A stretch of 63,604 nucleotides of DNA, counting the filler. It is 6 parts of 6 records of this genome, joined end to end, with 100 filler letters (N's around TTAATTAATTAA, not from the genome) between each part and the next. Parts side by side here need not be neighbours in the genome. Positions count along the whole stretch, not along the records: positions 58,563 to 63,604 come from SRR31156797_10408; 5 more parts are not named here. One strand, written 5' to 3'. Both the position numbers and the translations under genes were made by a program. Below are positions 59,026-63,604 of this stretch, one piece after another. The notes beneath the pieces were generated by a model. That model made no database searches. It was not told the origin of the DNA and saw only the letters and a program-made list of their open reading frames with translations. Position 1 is the first letter of the stretch; each line of letters starts with the position of its first letter.

Positions 59026-60462
59026 ATGGCGATTCCCCACACGATCCAGTTCACTGAAGCCCGGCAGAATGCATTTGCCGTTCTCAGTGGAGATGCCAAC
59101 CCGATTCATGTCGATCCAGAGTTTGCAAGACAGACCACATTCGGCAATCGCATAATTCATGGGATTCATCTTCTCCTCCAGGCGATTGAAAGAATAGCCG
59201 AAGAGCTCGATACTTCATTTGACCTTGAGAAGTGCCGGGTTGATTTCCCCCAAGCTGCCTTCGTGAATGATACTGTTACGTACAGCCTGGACCTGAATCC
59301 GGGAAAAAGGTCCTGCAGGATCAATGGAGAAACGGAGAATGGGCGAACCTGCCTTCAGGGACGGATTCAGTACGACCTGAACGATCAGCCAGATCAGGTT
59401 GAAATTCCAGGCGGACTGCTGAAACCAGAAATCCAGACTCAATCGTTTGAAGAGTTTGCCCAGACGAAAGGAATAGAAGAACTTCTGCTGGATCGCGATC
59501 AATGCCATGCTTTGCTTCCGAACCTGACACAATTCATACAGTCGTCTCAGCTCGCTGCTTTGCTGGCTGCCACCCGGGTTGTAGGCATGCGTGCTCCCGG
59601 GATGAACTCATTGCTGGGAAGCATTCGTCTGAAACACCAACCAGACAACGTCGGCTCAGACCTATCCTATAAAACTGCTCATTGCAACTATGAATTATCC
59701 TTTGGCACACTGAAATTTGTTGGAGCGGGATCAGTCATCGAAGCGGGGGTGTTTTACCGTCCCGGGCAGATCAGACAACCATCTTTTTCCGAGATCCGGT
59801 GTGCGGTACCGAGCACTCAGTTTGCGAACCAGCATGCCCTGGTGATCGGGGGTTCACGAGGACTTGGAGAAGTCGCGTCACGCCTTCTTGCTGCTGGAGG
59901 TGCCAGCGTTCAGCTATCGTATTATTCTGCGGAGAAACGAGCGGAAGCGGTTGCGGAAGATATTCGAAGTGGTGGAGGAGAAGCTGCTGCTTTTCAACAT
60001 AATGTTCTTGATCCCGGCAGCGCACTATCCCCGAATCAGAACACAAAGGGTCGCGACCTGACCATCTACTACTTTGCGACACCTGCGATTTTCACTTGTG
60101 GAGATCGTTTTGATCCAGCAGCATTCGAGCATTTTGCTCAATATTATGTAAGTGGGATCAGCAGATTGATTGCCACGCTGCCCCGGAAACGAATCAGGGG
60201 TTTGTTTTACCCTTCCACAGTCGCCATTGATGATCTCCCTCCTCGCATGGCAGAATATGCCTCGAGCAAGTATGCGGGCGAACTATTGTGCGCGGCTCTT
60301 GAAAAACAATACAACATCATTGTTCATATTGCCCGGTTGCCCCGAATGTTGACCGACCAGACAGCAACCCCCGGTGTACAGGACGTTGCTTCCCCGGTTC
60401 AGGTCCTAACTGAGGAAATCACTTCATTCCAGCAGAAGCTGGCATTAAAGCCTCATCATTAA
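59026..60462 (+). CDS. MaoC dehydratase - SDR ketoreductase fusion
   Basis: SGDANPIHVD...HG; GGSRGLG Rossmann motif; YASSK; start likely ATG 59026. Confidence 0.85.
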   Translation: MAIPHTIQFTEARQNAFAVLSGDANPIHVDPEFARQTTFGNRIIHGIHLLLQAIERIAEELDTSFDLEKCRVDFPQAAFVNDTVTYSLDLNPGKRSCRINGETENGRTCLQGRIQYDLNDQPDQVEIPGGLLKPEIQTQSFEEFAQTKGIEELLLDRDQCHALLPNLTQFIQSSQLAALLAATRVVGMRAPGMNSLLGSIRLKHQPDNVGSDLSYKTAHCNYELSFGTLKFVGAGSVIEAGVFYRPGQIRQPSFSEIRCAVPSTQFANQHALVIGGSRGLGEVASRLLAAGGASVQLSYYSAEKRAEAVAEDIRSGGGEAAAFQHNVLDPGSALSPNQNTKGRDLTIYYFATPAIFTCGDRFDPAAFEHFAQYYVSGISRLIATLPRKRIRGLFYPSTVAIDDLPPRMAEYASSKYAGELLCAALEKQYNIIVHIARLPRMLTDQTATPGVQDVASPVQVLTEEITSFQQKLALKPHH

Positions 60463-60535
60463 TCTTTGACATTCCAATGTATTCAAAGTACAAGTATCCA
60501 TGAACTGATTTCCGTTCTTTTGCAAGGAATCTGCC

Positions 60536-60784
60536 ATGAGCGATATGCTGAATCAACTCCAGGAAATTTTCGCCGATGTCTTTGACAAGGATGAGATGCC
60601 CCTCACTCCTGAAATGAAAACGAGTGACATCCAGGAATGGAGTTCCCTGATGCATGTCAATCTGTTGATCTCGATTGAAAAAGAGTTCAACCTCAAGTTC
60701 ACCGCGAGGGAAGCCAGCCAGATTGGCAGTGTCGGCCAATTGATGGAACTGATTGAGAAGAAACAACAGGAAGCCGGCTCCTGA
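60536..60784 (+). CDS. Acyl carrier protein
   Basis: 82 aa acidic; WSSL at the usual WDSL phosphopantetheine site; IEKEF.LKF. Confidence 0.85.
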   Translation: MSDMLNQLQEIFADVFDKDEMPLTPEMKTSDIQEWSSLMHVNLLISIEKEFNLKFTAREASQIGSVGQLMELIEKKQQEAGS

Positions 60785-60808
60785 TTCTGCAATCACAAGG
60801 CGTACACC

Positions 60809-62647
60809 ATGCCTGAATCGATCTCGCAACAACTCAGAAGCATTTCGCGTCTTGCGAAAACCGATGCACAACAGGCTCTTTCACAAATCCAGCCACTGCT
60901 CCTCTGCTCTGAGATCGAACCCCAGGAGATCGAAAAGGCGGGTCGGCTCATCCGAAAGCACCTGAAAACTCCTGACCTGAAGGTGCTTATTCTCGGGCAG
61001 TGTACAACATCCTGGCTCTGCGACATTCTTGCTGCGGAAGGTTGGAAACACGGAAAAGCAATCAAAGTTCATGAAGGTCAATACGATACGATTCTTCAGG
61101 ACCTTCATACGCTGACCGAGTCAGAGACGCACTTTTCTTCAATCGTGCTTCTCCCCTGGAATCAGCGATTGTTTGAAAGAACAGCGAATAACGTTTCCGA
61201 TCGCATCGAAGAGGAACTGGGCTACTGGAAGCAAGCCTGGGAGTTGATTCAGAATCAATTCGGCGCCAGCATCGTCCAGGTTGGGTATGACTGGATGGAG
61301 AGCGATTCATGGGGAATGAACCTGGGAGGTACTGAAGGTCGACCAATCGATCTGATCCGAAGGGTGAACCAAGCTATACGAGAGGCTCTTCCCCAGGGTG
61401 CTTACTTCATTGATCTCGAGCAGGTATCCGGACTTTCGGGACGTCAGCAGTTTTATGAATCCCGTCGATACATCTGGACGAAGCAGCCATTCAGTGAACA
61501 AGGAGCAGTAGACATCTGTCGGCATCTCTGGGCAGGGATCCGTGCTGTCACTACAGGGCCGAAGAAGGTTCTTGTCCTGGATCTGGACAATACTCTCTGG
61601 GGTGGCATTGTCGGCGAAGAAGGGCCACTTGGCATCGCACTGGGTGACGATCCGGAAGGAGAAGCCTATCGCAGATTCCAGAGCTGGTGTAACTCTCTTA
61701 CCAGCAGAGGGATTCTGCTTGCCGTCGCGTCAAAAAATAATCCGGCAGATGCGAAAGAGCCCTTCGAGAAAAACCCTGACATGATTCTCTCGTTGGAAGA
61801 CTTCGTAGCATTTGAAGCCTGCTGGGAACCCAAGAGTGTGATGATCCGGAGAATCGCGGAGACTTTGAATCTCGGAGCAGATTCGTTTGTTTTTGCTGAT
61901 GACAATCCTGCGGAGTGCGAAGAAGTCAGGCAGAATCTACCCGAAGTGGAGACGGTCACCCTGCCTTCAGATCCGTGTGATTATACTGCTGCAATTTCTT
62001 CAGGACTCTGGTTTGAGGCGGTGGCGGTGACGTCGGAGGACACGAAACGCACATCACAGTACCGGGCCGAAACCCAGCGAAAAACTATACAACAGAAAAG
62101 CGGTTCCATTGAGGAGTACCTGGATTCACTGGAGATGGTTGGCTGCGTGAAACCGATCAACGAAGAAACGATGCAGCGTACCTGCCAGCTGATCGGCAAG
62201 ACGAACCAGTTCAATCTGACGACTCGTCGCCATAGTCGAGCCGAAATCGAGAAGATGCTTTCATCGCCTGGCGCAATTGGCCTGACACTTTCTCTGAAGG
62301 ACAAGTTCGGGGATCATGGAATAACAGGTGTTCTGATTGCCGTACCAGAATGTCCCGATGAAACTGAGACCGTTTTGCGAATTGATACTCTGCTCATGAG
62401 TTGTCGGATTATCAACCGTTCAGCCGAACAATTCTTCTTCTCCAGATTTCTGGCGATATGCCAGACGGAGAATGTAACGAAGCTGCGTGCAGAGTACCTC
62501 CCAACACCAAAGAATATTCTGATCAAGGACCTGTTGCCCGGATTGGGATTTGAAGAAGTAGAATGGACTGAAGAACGAACAACATACTCTCTGGAGCTTC
62601 CGCTTCAGACACTGCTGAAGCATCACATCCGCCCTGCTGATGATTAA
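60809..62647 (+). CDS. fkbH: FkbH-like HAD-IIIC glyceryl transferase/phosphatase
   Basis: DLDNTLWGG, SKNN, FADDNP, KTNQFNLTTRR, DKFGDHG, LMSCR. Confidence 0.9.
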   Translation: MPESISQQLRSISRLAKTDAQQALSQIQPLLLCSEIEPQEIEKAGRLIRKHLKTPDLKVLILGQCTTSWLCDILAAEGWKHGKAIKVHEGQYDTILQDLHTLTESETHFSSIVLLPWNQRLFERTANNVSDRIEEELGYWKQAWELIQNQFGASIVQVGYDWMESDSWGMNLGGTEGRPIDLIRRVNQAIREALPQGAYFIDLEQVSGLSGRQQFYESRRYIWTKQPFSEQGAVDICRHLWAGIRAVTTGPKKVLVLDLDNTLWGGIVGEEGPLGIALGDDPEGEAYRRFQSWCNSLTSRGILLAVASKNNPADAKEPFEKNPDMILSLEDFVAFEACWEPKSVMIRRIAETLNLGADSFVFADDNPAECEEVRQNLPEVETVTLPSDPCDYTAAISSGLWFEAVAVTSEDTKRTSQYRAETQRKTIQQKSGSIEEYLDSLEMVGCVKPINEETMQRTCQLIGKTNQFNLTTRRHSRAEIEKMLSSPGAIGLTLSLKDKFGDHGITGVLIAVPECPDETETVLRIDTLLMSCRIINRSAEQFFFSRFLAICQTENVTKLRAEYLPTPKNILIKDLLPGLGFEEVEWTEERTTYSLELPLQTLLKHHIRPADD

Positions 62648-63604
62648 CCAGCCTTACAAGTCTGCATTCTCCTGCGATCAGGGCTTTGAATCACTTCCGC
62701 AATAAACTCACCCAGCGATGAGGAAATCGATTCCGTCGCTGTAATGTGCAGATGACAGCAATTGTACCGCTTGTAATCACCATCTGGCACTGAATACCAG
62801 ACCCCCCCCTTCTCTTCGAACTCTGCAATAAACGCCTTTGTATTAAAACCTATCAACTCGCGTTCAATGATTTCGACCTTCTCATAAACAGGTAATTTCA
62901 GGCCAACAACAACAATTCCTTCATCATTCCATTTCTTCACCTGATTCATCAACGCTTCGATTCGTTCAGGCAAAAGCTTGTGTTTCGTAAAAAGACGAAC
63001 GCGGCTGTCGTAGTGTTGGTCCGGAGAACCTTCCTCGTTAAACGGGAACCAGCCGTTGTCATACAGTATCGTTTTTGCCGGCTTCCAGTTGTTCCCTGAG
63101 AGATTCCGCATCACCTGTTCAAGAGACACAGGTTTAATCAGGGTTTCCAGGGGACTCACGTACTCGATCTGATGGTAGTGTTCATCATCGACTGCCATCG
63201 GGTGGGATGAGAGACTCAGTGGAGTCACACCAATCACGATCACCCTGGCCTTGTCTGCTCGTTCCGTCAGTGCATTCTTTTCTGCTTTTTCGTAAATGAA
63301 AGGTGTCAGACCGCCTCCGCCGAATGCATAATTATAAACCTTCATATCTCTGGGGAGTTGCCTTCGGATTGCTTCCGGGGAAAGACCGACACCCACCTGA
63401 GAGTCCCCGAGAATAACGACATCCGCATCGTGATTTGAGTATTTCTTGTGAGACCAGAAGGCTTCATAGGACATTCCGTCGTATTCATCGCTCTGATCGA
63501 ATAACCAGTAGACTTGATCCTGGAGTGCCACAACCAGAAACAATCCAACCAGCAGGAATAAGCCTGCCCGAGCGGATCGATTGTTTATCAGGTTACTTAC
63601 ACGA
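62644..63604 (-). CDS. Membrane-anchored SGNH-like protein (5' partial)
   Basis: N-terminal TM, ILGDS, YNYAFGG, C-terminal HL; frame open to the window end. Confidence 0.65.
   Translation of the reverse strand, partial: RVSNLINNRSARAGLFLLVGLFLVVALQDQVYWLFDQSDEYDGMSYEAFWSHKKYSNHDADVVILGDSQVGVGLSPEAIRRQLPRDMKVYNYAFGGGGLTPFIYEKAEKNALTERADKARVIVIGVTPLSLSSHPMAVDDEHYHQIEYVSPLETLIKPVSLEQVMRNLSGNNWKPAKTILYDNGWFPFNEEGSPDQHYDSRVRLFTKHKLLPERIEALMNQVKKWNDEGIVVVGLKLPVYEKVEIIERELIGFNTKAFIAEFEEKGGVWYSVPDGDYKRYNCCHLHITATESISSSLGEFIAEVIQSPDRRRMQTCKAG

Noticed and set aside
1-63604. CRISPR arrays, tRNA/rRNA, IS elements, reverse transcriptases, recoded stops
   Set aside because: None recognised by eye; a tRNAscan/Infernal/CRISPR scan would be needed to exclude them formally.

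Overview
This window is not one locus. It is six unrelated contig fragments joined by five identical 100-nt artificial linkers (44 N + TTAATTAATTAA + 44 N). (1) 1-11878: a GC-richer fragment with a TetR-associated acyl-CoA catabolic cluster (two CoA ligases, MaoC pair, acyl-CoA dehydrogenase, Cys-less thiolase + DUF35, old yellow enzyme, amidohydrolase). (2) 11979-18232: an AT-rich piece of an F-type conjugative element with a TraN-like gene, a stand-alone paralogue of TraN's internal domain, and a cytochrome b/Sel1-like fusion. (3) 18333-25377: an AT-rich accessory region with a bpsA-like polyamine synthase behind an unannotated 16-aa leader peptide and an SD/anti-SD switch, plus several micro-ORFs. 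(4) 25478-32871: a phage/plasmid-like fragment with HU, UvrD, a split Rad50/SbcC and ORFans. (5) 32972-58462: Fusobacteriota-like chromosome (moxR-bat operon, type Vd patatin, sigma-70, ruvC, hybrid kinase, trmL, TM1266-hydG-aspA, folA, hydF, yceD-rpmF). (6) 58563-63604: a MaoC-SDR/ACP/FkbH acyl-loading module. I saw no rRNA, tRNA, CRISPR array or transposase. Taxonomy and family calls come from motif recognition by eye, not database searches. The best leads are the bpsA leader-peptide attenuator, the free TraN-domain paralogue and the terminator/antiterminator leader before hydG.
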